In this document: positions 17,514 to 26,842 of the stretch, piece by piece
Numbering within the stretch: the stretch's first letter is position 1
Layout: the number at the start of each line of letters is the position of its first letter
DNA from: Candidatus Xenobia bacterium
GTDB lineage: Bacteria; Vulcanimicrobiota; Xenobia; Xenobiales; QWHO01
DNA length: 55,043 nt
Reading direction: 5' to 3'
Assembly (NCBI GenBank): GCA_045863235.1
Contig: BTUM01000053.1
Coordinates: forward strand, 1 to 55,043
Position numbers and translations under genes: made by a program
The notes under the pieces: generated by a model
The model's input: only the letters and a program-made list of their open reading frames with translations
Told to the model about the DNA's origin: nothing
Databases searched by the model: none

Positions 17514-18880
17514 TCAAGCGGCGGGTGCGCCGCCTGGCCATCCTGCTCATCTCGCTCTACCTCTTGCCGGTGGGCCAGTTGTGGTATTACCAGGTGTTGA
17601 CCGCCTCGCGCCTCAACGCGCGGCCCGAGAACAGCCGCAGCCATGAGAACCTGGAGTTGCGCGGGCGCCTGCTCGACCGCCAGGGCAAGGTCCTGGCCCG
17701 CACCGACAAGGGGCGCCGGGTCTATCCCCTGGGAGCCGCGGCCGCCCCCCTGGTCGGCTATGTGACCGGTCGCCTGGGCAGCGGCGGCCTGGAGGGAGAG
17801 CTGGCGCGGGCTCTGGCCGGCCGACCGCGCCCGCGAACCCTGGAGCAAGTGCGCCGCCTGGAGCGCGAGAAGAGCCGCCGCGGCGACGACCTGGTGCTGA
17901 CTCTGGATTCCGACCTGCAGCAGCAGGCTTACCAGCTGCTGGGCCAGGATCGGGGAGCCATCCTGGTGCTCGACCTGGCCACCGGCGACATCCTGGCCGC
18001 CGCCAGCCGGCCTGGCTTCGACCCGGCCACGCTGGAGAAGGACTGGCAGCGCCTGAGCCAGGACAAATCGGCTCCGCTGATCGATCGGGCCACCCAGGGC
18101 CTCTATCCGCCGGGCTCGTCCTTCAAAATCCTGACCATGGCTGCCGCCCTCGAGAGCTCTCAGGCCGAAGGTCCCTTTTTCTGCGCTGGCAGCCTGCCGG
18201 TCACGGGCTTTGAGCTTTACTGCGACGGCGCCCGGGCCCATGGCGCGTTGACCCTGGAGAGCGCCCTGGCCCTCAGCTGCAACGTGACCTTCGCCTCGCT
18301 GGGCCGCAAGTTGGGGCTGAAGGGGCTGGAAGACTGGATGAAGCGCTTTGGCATGCTGGAGGCGCCCATCAGGGTTCCCCTGGCGGCCGCCGGCCACGCT
18401 CCCCGGGGGCGGCCCGGGGCGGAGGAGGTGGCGGCGGCCCAGGCGGCCATCGGCCAGGCCGACATGCTGGTCTCACCGCTGGGGATGGCCCGGGTGGCGG
18501 CCGTCATCGGTCGGGGAGGCACCGACCTCCCTCCCCGGCTGCTCAAGGCCGTCAGCCGCGACGGGCGCACGGTGGACACCTATCCCGTGGGTCCACCCCG
18601 CCAGGTGGTCAGCGCGGCCACGGCCGCCACCGTGCTGCAGGCGATGCGGGCGGTGGTGGACCGGGGCACGGGCGGGGCCGCCGGGACCGCAGTGGCCGGC
18701 AAGACGGGCACCGCCGAGAACCCCCACGGGCCGCCCCACGCCTGGTTCGTCGGGGTGGCCCCGTCCGATGCGCCCCGGGTGGCGGTGGCGGTCATCCTGG
18801 AGAACAAGGGCTATGGGGGCCAGCACGCCGCACCGGTGGCCGGGGCTATCGCTCGAGCGGCTCTGCGCCTCGCTCGCTGA
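17507..18880 (+). CDS. pbpA: Class B penicillin-binding transpeptidase (PbpA-like)
   Basis: SxxK (PGSSFK), SxN (SCN) and KTG motifs; follows rodA. Confidence 0.88.
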   Translation: MLIKRRVRRLAILLISLYLLPVGQLWYYQVLTASRLNARPENSRSHENLELRGRLLDRQGKVLARTDKGRRVYPLGAAAAPLVGYVTGRLGSGGLEGELARALAGRPRPRTLEQVRRLEREKSRRGDDLVLTLDSDLQQQAYQLLGQDRGAILVLDLATGDILAAASRPGFDPATLEKDWQRLSQDKSAPLIDRATQGLYPPGSSFKILTMAAALESSQAEGPFFCAGSLPVTGFELYCDGARAHGALTLESALALSCNVTFASLGRKLGLKGLEDWMKRFGMLEAPIRVPLAAAGHAPRGRPGAEEVAAAQAAIGQADMLVSPLGMARVAAVIGRGGTDLPPRLLKAVSRDGRTVDTYPVGPPRQVVSAATAATVLQAMRAVVDRGTGGAAGTAVAGKTGTAENPHGPPHAWFVGVAPSDAPRVAVAVILENKGYGGQHAAPVAGAIARAALRLAR

Positions 18881-18900
18881 GCAACCTCACGGCCGTGCGG

Positions 18901-19860
18901 TCAAACCGCCAGCCCCGCCGTCCGCAGCACTTTGCGGGTGAAGGCCGGCAGCGCCCGGTGGGTCAGATCCTCCAGATCCACCCACTCGCCTCGCCCGGGG
19001 GGCTCCCCCTGGCCGCGATAGACGCGGCAGGTGATGCGGCGGAATGTGATGGCGTGGCGTACGGTGCCCACCAGTTCCAGGCCCTCCAGCCGTTCGGCCT
19101 CCGGGCAGCGCCACATGCCTTCCAGCAGTTCGCCGGGCCGGGCTTTCTCCAGGAAGACCTGGCCTGGGCGCAGCAGCACGGCCGCGCTCCAGTCCACCTC
19201 CTGCGAGCGCTGGGGCCGAAGGGGGGGAGGCAGCTCGCGCCAACGCAGCTTGCCGGCGCAGTCGTCGGCCAGCGGACAGGTCAGGCAGGCGGGATTGGCG
19301 GGCTTGCACACGGTCGCTCCCAGCTCCATCAGGGCCTGGGTGAAGTCCGCCGGCGCCTCGATCTGCGGCTCGATCCGAGCGGCCAGCTCGCGCCGCACGC
19401 GGGCCTGGCGCGGATCGCCCTCCAGCGCCAGAAAGCGCCACAGGACCCGGATCGCGTTGCCGTCCAGGGCCAGGGCCGGGCGGTTGAAGGCGATGCTCTC
19501 CAGGGCCGCGGCTGTGTATTCGCCCACTCCCGGCAGGGCCAGCAGTCCGACCCGGTCGGTGGGAAAGCCCCCCCGCTCCACCACGGCCCTGGCCGCGGCC
19601 TGCAAGTTGCGGGCCCGGCGGTAATAGCCCAGGCCGGACCAGGCGGCATGCAGCTCCTCTGAGCTGGCCACGGCCAGGCTGGTCCAGTCGGGAAATCGCT
19701 CCAGGAAGCGCTGGTAGTAGGCCAGCACCACCTCCACCCGGGTCTGTTGCAGCATGATCTCGGAAACCAGAATGGCGTAGGGGTCGCTTCGGTGGCGCCA
19801 GGGCAGGTCGCGTCGCCGCTCCCGATACCAGGCCACCAGCCGCTGGAAGGCGGCCTTCAT
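18901..19860 (-). CDS. mutY: A/G-specific adenine DNA glycosylase
   Basis: RDLPWR, SEIMLQQT, WSGLGYYRRARNL, HhH LPGVGEYTA, FeS motif CxxxxxxCxxCxxxxxC; start ATG 19860. Confidence 0.93.
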   Translation of the reverse strand: MKAAFQRLVAWYRERRRDLPWRHRSDPYAILVSEIMLQQTRVEVVLAYYQRFLERFPDWTSLAVASSEELHAAWSGLGYYRRARNLQAAARAVVERGGFPTDRVGLLALPGVGEYTAAALESIAFNRPALALDGNAIRVLWRFLALEGDPRQARVRRELAARIEPQIEAPADFTQALMELGATVCKPANPACLTCPLADDCAGKLRWRELPPPLRPQRSQEVDWSAAVLLRPGQVFLEKARPGELLEGMWRCPEAERLEGLELVGTVRHAITFRRITCRVYRGQGEPPGRGEWVDLEDLTHRALPAFTRKVLRTAGLAV

Positions 19861-20930
19861 CGAGTGAAGAGGCGGGTCTTCAGCTCCAGATGTCCCATGC
19901 GCGAGAGCTTGCCGCGCAGGCGGCTCTTGTTCTCGCCCCCCAACCGGGCGGAGAGAGCCCGGTTGAGCGCCTTGATGTCGTCGGAGCGCTGGATGTCGCC
20001 CTTCCAGTGTACCAGCACCCAGCCCAGGGCTTCCCGGCGCATGGCCTGCTTCTCTTGCATGAGCTGCTCCACGACCTGGGCCGGGGTGTAGTGCCGCTCG
20101 AGCGACTGGCGCAGACGGTCGCGCACGGCCGGATCGGTCTCGCGGGCCAACCATTCCAGCCAGTCGAATTGGCTCAGCTCGATCAGGTCGACCAGGCGCA
20201 GCCGCACCAGCGCATTGGGATGGGTGCGCAGCTCCCAGGCCCCGGCCGGGTCGTCCTGCACGGCCGAGCGGGCCAGGGCCACCTTGTCGGGGCAAAGGTT
20301 CCAATCGCTCTGGCCCAGCAACCAGGGCACCACCTCGATGCCGGCCTTGAGGCGGCCCTGGCGAGCCAGCTCCTGCACGGCGCCGCGCAGCTCTGGATGG
20401 GCCTCTTCGCCCACCAGAAGCTGCAGCGTGCCCAGTCTGTCGGCGGGAGAGGAGAGGGCCAGGGCCTGGTTGGCCTGCTCGCCGCTGCCGCCAAAACGGG
20501 CCAGTTCCAGGCGTTGCTCCCAGCTCAGCTCGGCCCAGCGGGAGTAGCCTTCCTCGGCCAGCAGGGCCAGGCAGGCCGCGCGCACCAGCTCGAGCTGCTC
20601 GCGGGAGGGCTCGGGGAGGCTTACCAGCTCGTAGATCTCATCCTCGATGGTGGAGTCTGCCCGCCGTCGCAGGTGGCGCACCGCTTCCAGGCGCGACAGG
20701 AAGAGCCTCCCTTCGGGACTGAGGAGCAGCTGCTGACCCAGGTGAGTGTAGGGCTCGGGACTCCAGCGGCGCACCTCCAGATGCTCCGGAACGCCTTCGG
20801 AGCGGGTACGGCGCAGCACCGTGGGCTGGGGCTGATAGCCTGGCAGGGCGCGGGCCGCCAGCTGGAGCCAGGTGCTGGTCTCAGGCGTCTCGGGCAACGA
20901 CAGCAGGGCAAGAAAGTCGGGACTGGACAT
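19857..20930 (-). CDS. Hypothetical protein with HEAT-like helical repeats
   Basis: HPNALVRLRL and ETDPAVRDRL HEAT-like segments; overlaps the mutY start. Confidence 0.65.
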   Translation of the reverse strand: MSSPDFLALLSLPETPETSTWLQLAARALPGYQPQPTVLRRTRSEGVPEHLEVRRWSPEPYTHLGQQLLLSPEGRLFLSRLEAVRHLRRRADSTIEDEIYELVSLPEPSREQLELVRAACLALLAEEGYSRWAELSWEQRLELARFGGSGEQANQALALSSPADRLGTLQLLVGEEAHPELRGAVQELARQGRLKAGIEVVPWLLGQSDWNLCPDKVALARSAVQDDPAGAWELRTHPNALVRLRLVDLIELSQFDWLEWLARETDPAVRDRLRQSLERHYTPAQVVEQLMQEKQAMRREALGWVLVHWKGDIQRSDDIKALNRALSARLGGENKSRLRGKLSRMGHLELKTRLFTR

Positions 20931-21079
20931 TGGATGGGCCCTGGTTCGACCTCGAAGAGGGGAAACCTGGCTTCAAAGTAGGAGATCGGCCGCCTTGGCG
21001 CCGAAGGTGAGCGCTTACTCGAAAGAGAATTTGCATTCTAGGCGCGCATGCGCGGGAACTACTGAGAGGAGCGTCCGGG

Positions 21080-22171
21080 ATGGACACGCAACAAGAAATT
21101 CTCGAAACTGGCGTACTCACCATTGATGACCTTTTGCATCTGATGGTGGAGCGAGGTGCCTCGGACCTTCATCTCAAGGTCGGCAGCGCCCCGATGATCC
21201 GCGTGGACGGCGAGCTTACCCCGGCCACCTACGAAATCATGACGCCCGACAGCGTCCGCGCCATGTGCGAGAGTATCCTGACCGACGAGCAGAAGGCCAA
21301 GTTCATCGCCGAGAAAGAGCTCGACCTGGCCTACAGCGTTCCCGGCCTGAGCCGCTTCCGCGTTAACATTTACATGCAGCGCGGCTCGTGGGGTACCGCC
21401 ATCCGAGTCATTCCCGCCCGCCCGCTCAGCCTGGACGAGCTGAAGATGCCCCCCATCATCAAGGACCTGGCCATGAAACCCCGCGGTCTTTGTCTGGTGA
21501 CCGGTCCCACCGGCTCGGGCAAGTCCACCACCCTGGCGGCGATGATCAATCACATTAACGAGAATCGCCGCTGCCACATCGTCACCATCGAGGACCCCAT
21601 CGAGTTCCTCCACAAGGACAAGAACTCGGTCATCTCGCAGCGCGAGATCGGCTTTGACACGCACAGCTTCGCGATGGCCCTCAAGCACGTGCTGCGTCAG
21701 GACCCCGACGTCATCCTCATCGGCGAGATGCGAGACCTGGAGACCACCTCGATCGCCATCTCGGCCGCTGAAACCGGCCACATGGTGTTCGCCACCCTGC
21801 ACACCAACTCGGCGGCCACTACCGTCGACCGCGTCATCGACATCTTCCCGCCCCACCAGCAGCAGCAGATCCGCATGCAGCTCTCGGTCACGCTCGAAGG
21901 CATCCTCTGCCAAACGCTGATTCCCAAGGCCAAGGGCGGGGGCCGCGTGATGGCGATGGAGATCATGCCAGTGATCCCGGCCGTGCGCAACATCATCCGC
22001 GAGGGCAAGAGCCACCAGCTCCCCAACGCCATCATGTCAGGCGCCCAGCACGGCATGCAGTCGCTCGACATGGCCCTGCGCAACCTCTACCAGCAGGGCA
22101 TGATCACCTACGAGGACGCCCTGGCGAAGTGCTCCTCCCCCGAGGAGTTCAATCGTCTCATCGGCAGGTAG
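21080..22171 (+). CDS. pilT: Type IV pilus retraction ATPase PilT
   Basis: GPTGSGKST, TIEDPIEF, LRQDPDVILIGEMRD, TLHTNSA, AVRNIIRE. Confidence 0.95.
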   Translation: MDTQQEILETGVLTIDDLLHLMVERGASDLHLKVGSAPMIRVDGELTPATYEIMTPDSVRAMCESILTDEQKAKFIAEKELDLAYSVPGLSRFRVNIYMQRGSWGTAIRVIPARPLSLDELKMPPIIKDLAMKPRGLCLVTGPTGSGKSTTLAAMINHINENRRCHIVTIEDPIEFLHKDKNSVISQREIGFDTHSFAMALKHVLRQDPDVILIGEMRDLETTSIAISAAETGHMVFATLHTNSAATTVDRVIDIFPPHQQQQIRMQLSVTLEGILCQTLIPKAKGGGRVMAMEIMPVIPAVRNIIREGKSHQLPNAIMSGAQHGMQSLDMALRNLYQQGMITYEDALAKCSSPEEFNRLIGR

Positions 22172-22235
22172 GTTCGCGGTCGATCTCAAACTACGGGTTT
22201 TCGGTCGCATTTTGCCTTAGATCCGGAGTTCGAGT

Positions 22236-23303
22236 ATGAACGTAGAAGAACTCTTCACCTCGATGGTGGAGAAGCGGGCCTCGCACATTCACCTGGTGCC
22301 GGGAAGCCCTGTGATGATGAGGTTGAACAACAACCTCGTGGCCGTGGACGGGCAGATCCTTTCTCCCGCCGACACTCGTTCCATTGGCGAAGCCATTATG
22401 AACGATCAGTTGCGCGAGGAGTTCGACAGGAACATGGAGACCGACTTCTCGTTCTCCGTGCCGGGTTTGAGCCGCTTTCGCGTGAACGTGTTCCGCCAGC
22501 GCGGCTCGGTGGCCATCGTCATCTCCACCAACCCTCCGGCTCCGCCTACCATCGAAGAACTGGGGTTGCCCGAGGCGCTCAAGACGCTGGCCCTGGAGGT
22601 GGACGCCGGCCTGGTGCTGATCACTGGCCCCAAGGCCTCCGGTAAGTCCCACACCATGGCGGCCCTGGTCAACTACATCCTGGAGATGCGCACCTGCCAG
22701 ATCGTCTCCATCGAGAACCCGATCGACTTTCTGCACAAGAACAAGAAGGGCGTCATCTGTCAGCGCGAGATCGGCACCGACACGAACTCCTACTCGACGG
22801 CCTTCAAGTCGCTGCTCCACCAGGGGGCCGACATCCTGGTGGTGTCGGGACTCGATGAGTTCGATGTGGTGGACCGCATCCTCAGCATGGCCGCCGGCGG
22901 GAACCTGGTGCTGTGTACCGCTCAGGCTCCCAACGCCCAGGTGATGCTCGAGAACCTGATCGACTTCTACCCCCCGCATCGTCAGCAACAGGCTCGCACG
23001 ATGTTGAGCGTGGGTCTGCAGGCGGTCGTGTCCCAGATCCTCTGCAACAAAGCCGGTGGCGACGGCCTGGTCCCTGCCTTCGAAGTGTTGCTTGGAACGG
23101 CCCAGGTCAAGTCGTTGATCAAGGACGGCAAGTTCTTCCAGGTGCAGGGCGTGATGTCCACCTCCGGCCGCGAGCAGGGCATGATCAGCCAGGAGATGGC
23201 TTTGCGAGCTCTGCTCAAGAAGAACCTCATCACGCAAGATGAGGCGCTGCGTCGTTCGGTGCGACCCGAAGAGCTCAAGAAGGTCATGGCGCTGCCCTAC
23301 TGA
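22236..23303 (+). CDS. PilT-family paralogue with degenerate catalytic motifs
   Basis: Collinear with PilT (SRFRVNVFRQRG, QREIG) but with GPKASGKS, IENPIDF, DILVVSGLDE and TAQAPNA. Confidence 0.85.
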   Translation: MNVEELFTSMVEKRASHIHLVPGSPVMMRLNNNLVAVDGQILSPADTRSIGEAIMNDQLREEFDRNMETDFSFSVPGLSRFRVNVFRQRGSVAIVISTNPPAPPTIEELGLPEALKTLALEVDAGLVLITGPKASGKSHTMAALVNYILEMRTCQIVSIENPIDFLHKNKKGVICQREIGTDTNSYSTAFKSLLHQGADILVVSGLDEFDVVDRILSMAAGGNLVLCTAQAPNAQVMLENLIDFYPPHRQQQARTMLSVGLQAVVSQILCNKAGGDGLVPAFEVLLGTAQVKSLIKDGKFFQVQGVMSTSGREQGMISQEMALRALLKKNLITQDEALRRSVRPEELKKVMALPY

Positions 23304-23309
23304 CCTGCG

Positions 23310-24593
23310 ATGCTCGACCCCAAGCTTTTGCGTCGCGACCCGGATGCTGTTCGCGCGGGGCTCGCCCGGCGCCAGATGGATCTTGCCCCTGTGGAGCGCT
23401 GGCTCGAGCTCGATGCCGAGCGCAAGACCCTCACCACCCGCACCGACCAGCTCAAGAATGAGCGCAATCAGGTCTCGACCGCCCTGGGCAAGATCAAGAA
23501 AGAAGGCGGCGACATCTCCGAGCAGTCGGCCCGCATGCGCGAGGTGGGCAACGAGATCAAGGCCAACGACGCCCGCCTGGCCGAGGTGGAGGGCGAGCAG
23601 AAGAGCCTGATCGAGGCCCTGCCCAACCTGCCCGATGCCCGCGTGCCCGATGGCCCGGACGCCGCCGCCAACGTGGTGGTGCGCAGCTGGGGCACCCCCA
23701 AGAAGTTCGATTTCCCCGCCAAGGCCCACTACGACTTCGGTGAAGAGCTGGATATCCTCGATTTCAAGCGCTCTGCTCGCATGTCGGGCTCGCGATTCTG
23801 GCTGCTCAAGGGCTTTGGCGCCCGCCTCGAGCGGGCGCTGGCCAGCTTCATGCTCGACGTGCACACGACCGAGCACGGCTATCACGAGATCCTCACCCCC
23901 GTTCTGGTGAACGCCCAGACGCTCTTTGGAACGGGCCAGCTGCCCAAGTTCGCGGCCGACCTGTTTCATTGCAGCGATACCGACCTCTATCTCATCCCCA
24001 CGTCCGAGGTGCCCATCACCAACCTGCACGCGGGTGAGATCCTCGAAGCTGGTGAGCTCCCCCGCTACTACTGCGGCTGGTCTCCATGCTTTCGCTCGGA
24101 GGCCGGCGCGGCTGGAAAGGACACGCGCGGCCTGGTTCGGGTCCACCAGTTCCACAAGGTGGAGATGGTCAAGCATACCCACCCCGACCGGTCCTTTGAA
24201 GAGCTCGAGAAAATGGTGCAGAACGCCGAGACGATTCTGCAGCGGCTCGAGCTGCCCCACCGCGTGGTGCTGCTGTGCACCGGCGACATGGGGTTCTCCA
24301 GCGCAATGACTTATGACCTGGAGTTCTGGTCACCCCCGCAAGACCGCTGGATCGAGATCTCGTCGTGCTCCAACTGCACCGACTTTCAGGCCCGTCGGGC
24401 CGCCATTCGTTTTCGGAACGCCCCGGGCGAGCCCACCGAGCTCGTGCACACCCTGAATGGCTCGGGGCTGGCCGTAGGCCGGACCATGGTGGCCATCCTG
24501 GAGAACTACCAGGAGGCGGATGGGAGCCTGACCATCCCGAAGGCACTGAGACCTTACCTTGGAGGGATGGAGCGCTTCAGGCGTGCTGGTTGA
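23310..24593 (+). CDS. serS: Serine--tRNA ligase
   Basis: N-terminal coiled arm, LIPTSE, FRSEAG, RVHQFHKVE, EISSCSNCTDFQARR, TLNGSGLA. Confidence 0.97.
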   Translation: MLDPKLLRRDPDAVRAGLARRQMDLAPVERWLELDAERKTLTTRTDQLKNERNQVSTALGKIKKEGGDISEQSARMREVGNEIKANDARLAEVEGEQKSLIEALPNLPDARVPDGPDAAANVVVRSWGTPKKFDFPAKAHYDFGEELDILDFKRSARMSGSRFWLLKGFGARLERALASFMLDVHTTEHGYHEILTPVLVNAQTLFGTGQLPKFAADLFHCSDTDLYLIPTSEVPITNLHAGEILEAGELPRYYCGWSPCFRSEAGAAGKDTRGLVRVHQFHKVEMVKHTHPDRSFEELEKMVQNAETILQRLELPHRVVLLCTGDMGFSSAMTYDLEFWSPPQDRWIEISSCSNCTDFQARRAAIRFRNAPGEPTELVHTLNGSGLAVGRTMVAILENYQEADGSLTIPKALRPYLGGMERFRRAG

Positions 24594-25779
24594 GGCACAC
24601 CCCCTGTTCGCTCCCCGACCCCGGCCCACCAGCGGTCCCCTGTGCGAGCGCCTGCACGCCGACATCGCCATCGTGGGCGCCGGGCCGGCTGGCCTGGCCG
24701 CCGCCCTCACCCTGGTCGGACACGATCTGGAAGTCGTGCTGCTGGAGGCCGACGCTCTCGGGGCGCAGGGCGAGTCGCTCGGCCCCGGGGTAGCTCTGCC
24801 CGGCCTGGGGGAGCACTATGACACGATCTGCAGCTCGCTGGGCCAAACCTCGGCCCACTGCTGGTTCGACTTGAGCCTGGAAGGAGTGGCCGCCCTGGAG
24901 GGCTGGCTGCAGGATTTTCAGCGCGGCGGTCTGCTCGAGCTGGCTGCCAACCAGGCCGAGTTCGAGGAGATGAAGCGTGGCATCCGGGCCATGACCGAGG
25001 ACGGTTTTCAAGCCCGCATGATGAGTGACGCGGCGGCCACCAACCTGGTCAGCGTGGCCGGGAACGCCGGGGCGACCTACCTTCCGGGTGCCCTGACCTT
25101 CGACCCCGCCCTGGCCCTGCAGCGGCTGGGCGAGCTCTTCGTGACGCGCGGAGGCCGCCTGTTCGAGCTCTCGCGGGTGGAGCGGCTGGGCCTGGACGAA
25201 GGGGCCGGTGTGGTTCTGCACACCGACCGGGGTCAGGTCGAGGCCGAGGTGGCCCTGCTCGCCCCCGGGGCGGGGCTCAATGAGCTGGTTGGGCCGGGTA
25301 TGGACCGCCTGGTCTTTCCCCTGCGGGGCCAGTGCCTGGCCACGGCGCCTGCGCCAGCCAGGCTGGAGGGCACAACGGTGGTGGTCAGCGCCAACCGGAG
25401 CCACGAGATCTATCGCTCCCTGAAGGATGGCGGCATTCTGGCGGCCGGCATCAATCCCAGCTCGGGTTGGGGAGAGAAGACCTATAAGCTGGAAGTCGAT
25501 AGAGTCTTCCAGAGCCACCTCGAGAAGTCCATGCACGAGCGGTTGCCTGAGTCCAGGGGCCTGGAGGTCACCCACCGCTGGGCCAAGGTCTACAATTACA
25601 CGGCTGATGGCTTGCCGCTGCTCGGACCCCTGCCGGGAGACATTCGCCTGCACCTGGCGACCGGCTTTGCAACACGCTCCTGGAGCACGGGCGTGGGGGC
25701 GGGCCAGATGCTGGCCCGAATGCTGCTCGGCGAGACCGTGCGCTTTCCTCACGGCTGCTCGCCGCGGCGCTTTCTCTAA
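24583..25779 (+). CDS. FAD-dependent oxidoreductase (DAO/glycine oxidase family)
   Basis: IVGAGPAGLAAA Rossmann motif; PLRGQ; TADGLPLLG. Confidence 0.85.
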   Translation: MLVEAHPLFAPRPRPTSGPLCERLHADIAIVGAGPAGLAAALTLVGHDLEVVLLEADALGAQGESLGPGVALPGLGEHYDTICSSLGQTSAHCWFDLSLEGVAALEGWLQDFQRGGLLELAANQAEFEEMKRGIRAMTEDGFQARMMSDAAATNLVSVAGNAGATYLPGALTFDPALALQRLGELFVTRGGRLFELSRVERLGLDEGAGVVLHTDRGQVEAEVALLAPGAGLNELVGPGMDRLVFPLRGQCLATAPAPARLEGTTVVVSANRSHEIYRSLKDGGILAAGINPSSGWGEKTYKLEVDRVFQSHLEKSMHERLPESRGLEVTHRWAKVYNYTADGLPLLGPLPGDIRLHLATGFATRSWSTGVGAGQMLARMLLGETVRFPHGCSPRRFL

Positions 25780-25791
25780 AGACGAGTCGCT

Positions 25792-26841
25792 CTATGCCTG
25801 GAAGGAGGCCAGCACCTTCTTGAAGATCGGCAGCAGGGTAGGATCATGCTTGCCGCCCGCGTTGGCGAAGAACTCTTCCTGGAACTCGGCCATGGGCACC
25901 GCTTTGTTGCGGTCCATCCACTGCTCCTCGTAGTCCTCCACCAGGGCCAGGATGCGGGCGCCCAGAGGGATCTGGTTGCCCTTCAAGCGATCGGGGAAGC
26001 CCGAGCCGTCCCAGCGCTCGTGGTGGTAGCGCACCAGGGGCGCGATCTTGGTGAGGATCTTGATCTTGGCGATCACGTTGGCCCCCACCACCGGGTGCAT
26101 GCGATCGCTGCGCGGCACGAAGGCCGAGCGCATCAAGAGCTTGCCGATATCGTGGAAATAGCCACCGTACCAGACGTTCTGGAAATCCTCACCTTCCAGG
26201 CCCAGTTTGCGGGCGATGGCCGTGGCCATGCGGGTCAGGCGGATGACATGCCCTTCTGACTCGGGCTCGAGGCATTCCAGGGCGCTCATCAGGATCTCGA
26301 CCGATTGCTGGAAGTAGTTCTGGAGCTGGTCCATGACCGTCAGATTCTGCAGGGCCACGGCGGCGTGGCTGGCCAGCACCTCCAGAATCTCGCGGTCTTG
26401 CTCGTTGAAGCCGCCCGGCTTGTTGATGGCTTCCACCACGCCAAAGCACTTATCGCCCCACACGATGGGCACGGCCAGCAGGGACACGGTCGGATTGGAG
26501 GTGGCCTTGTCCACCCCTTTGTAGTGTCGAGGGTCGGAGGGCACGTCGTTGATGATTTCCGATTCCCGGCTCAACAGAACGTGCCCCGCGATACTGGGCC
26601 GATCGAGCGGCACCCGGATGGTCTCCACCAACTGCCCCATGTCTCCGGCATGCTTGCGGAAAAAGAGCTCGTTGCGCTCGTGGTCGTGCAGCAGAATGGA
26701 GGCCTCGTCGGCCTCGGTGATCTCCTGGCTGCAGGCGGTAATGCGGCCGAGCAACTCGTCCATGTCGGTGCTGGTGGCCATCATCTGCTCCATCTCGAGC
26801 AGGCGGGTGAACTTGCTGACGCGCTCTTCGATGCTCTGCAT
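25792..26841 (-). CDS. GAF + HD-GYP-like domain protein (partly degenerate)
   Basis: GAF (SLLAVPIVW...GVVEAINK), FHDIGK, HHERWDGSGFP; start MQSIEERV at 26841. Confidence 0.85.
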   Translation of the reverse strand: MQSIEERVSKFTRLLEMEQMMATSTDMDELLGRITACSQEITEADEASILLHDHERNELFFRKHAGDMGQLVETIRVPLDRPSIAGHVLLSRESEIINDVPSDPRHYKGVDKATSNPTVSLLAVPIVWGDKCFGVVEAINKPGGFNEQDREILEVLASHAAVALQNLTVMDQLQNYFQQSVEILMSALECLEPESEGHVIRLTRMATAIARKLGLEGEDFQNVWYGGYFHDIGKLLMRSAFVPRSDRMHPVVGANVIAKIKILTKIAPLVRYHHERWDGSGFPDRLKGNQIPLGARILALVEDYEEQWMDRNKAVPMAEFQEEFFANAGGKHDPTLLPIFKKVLASFQA

Positions 26842-26842
26842 A

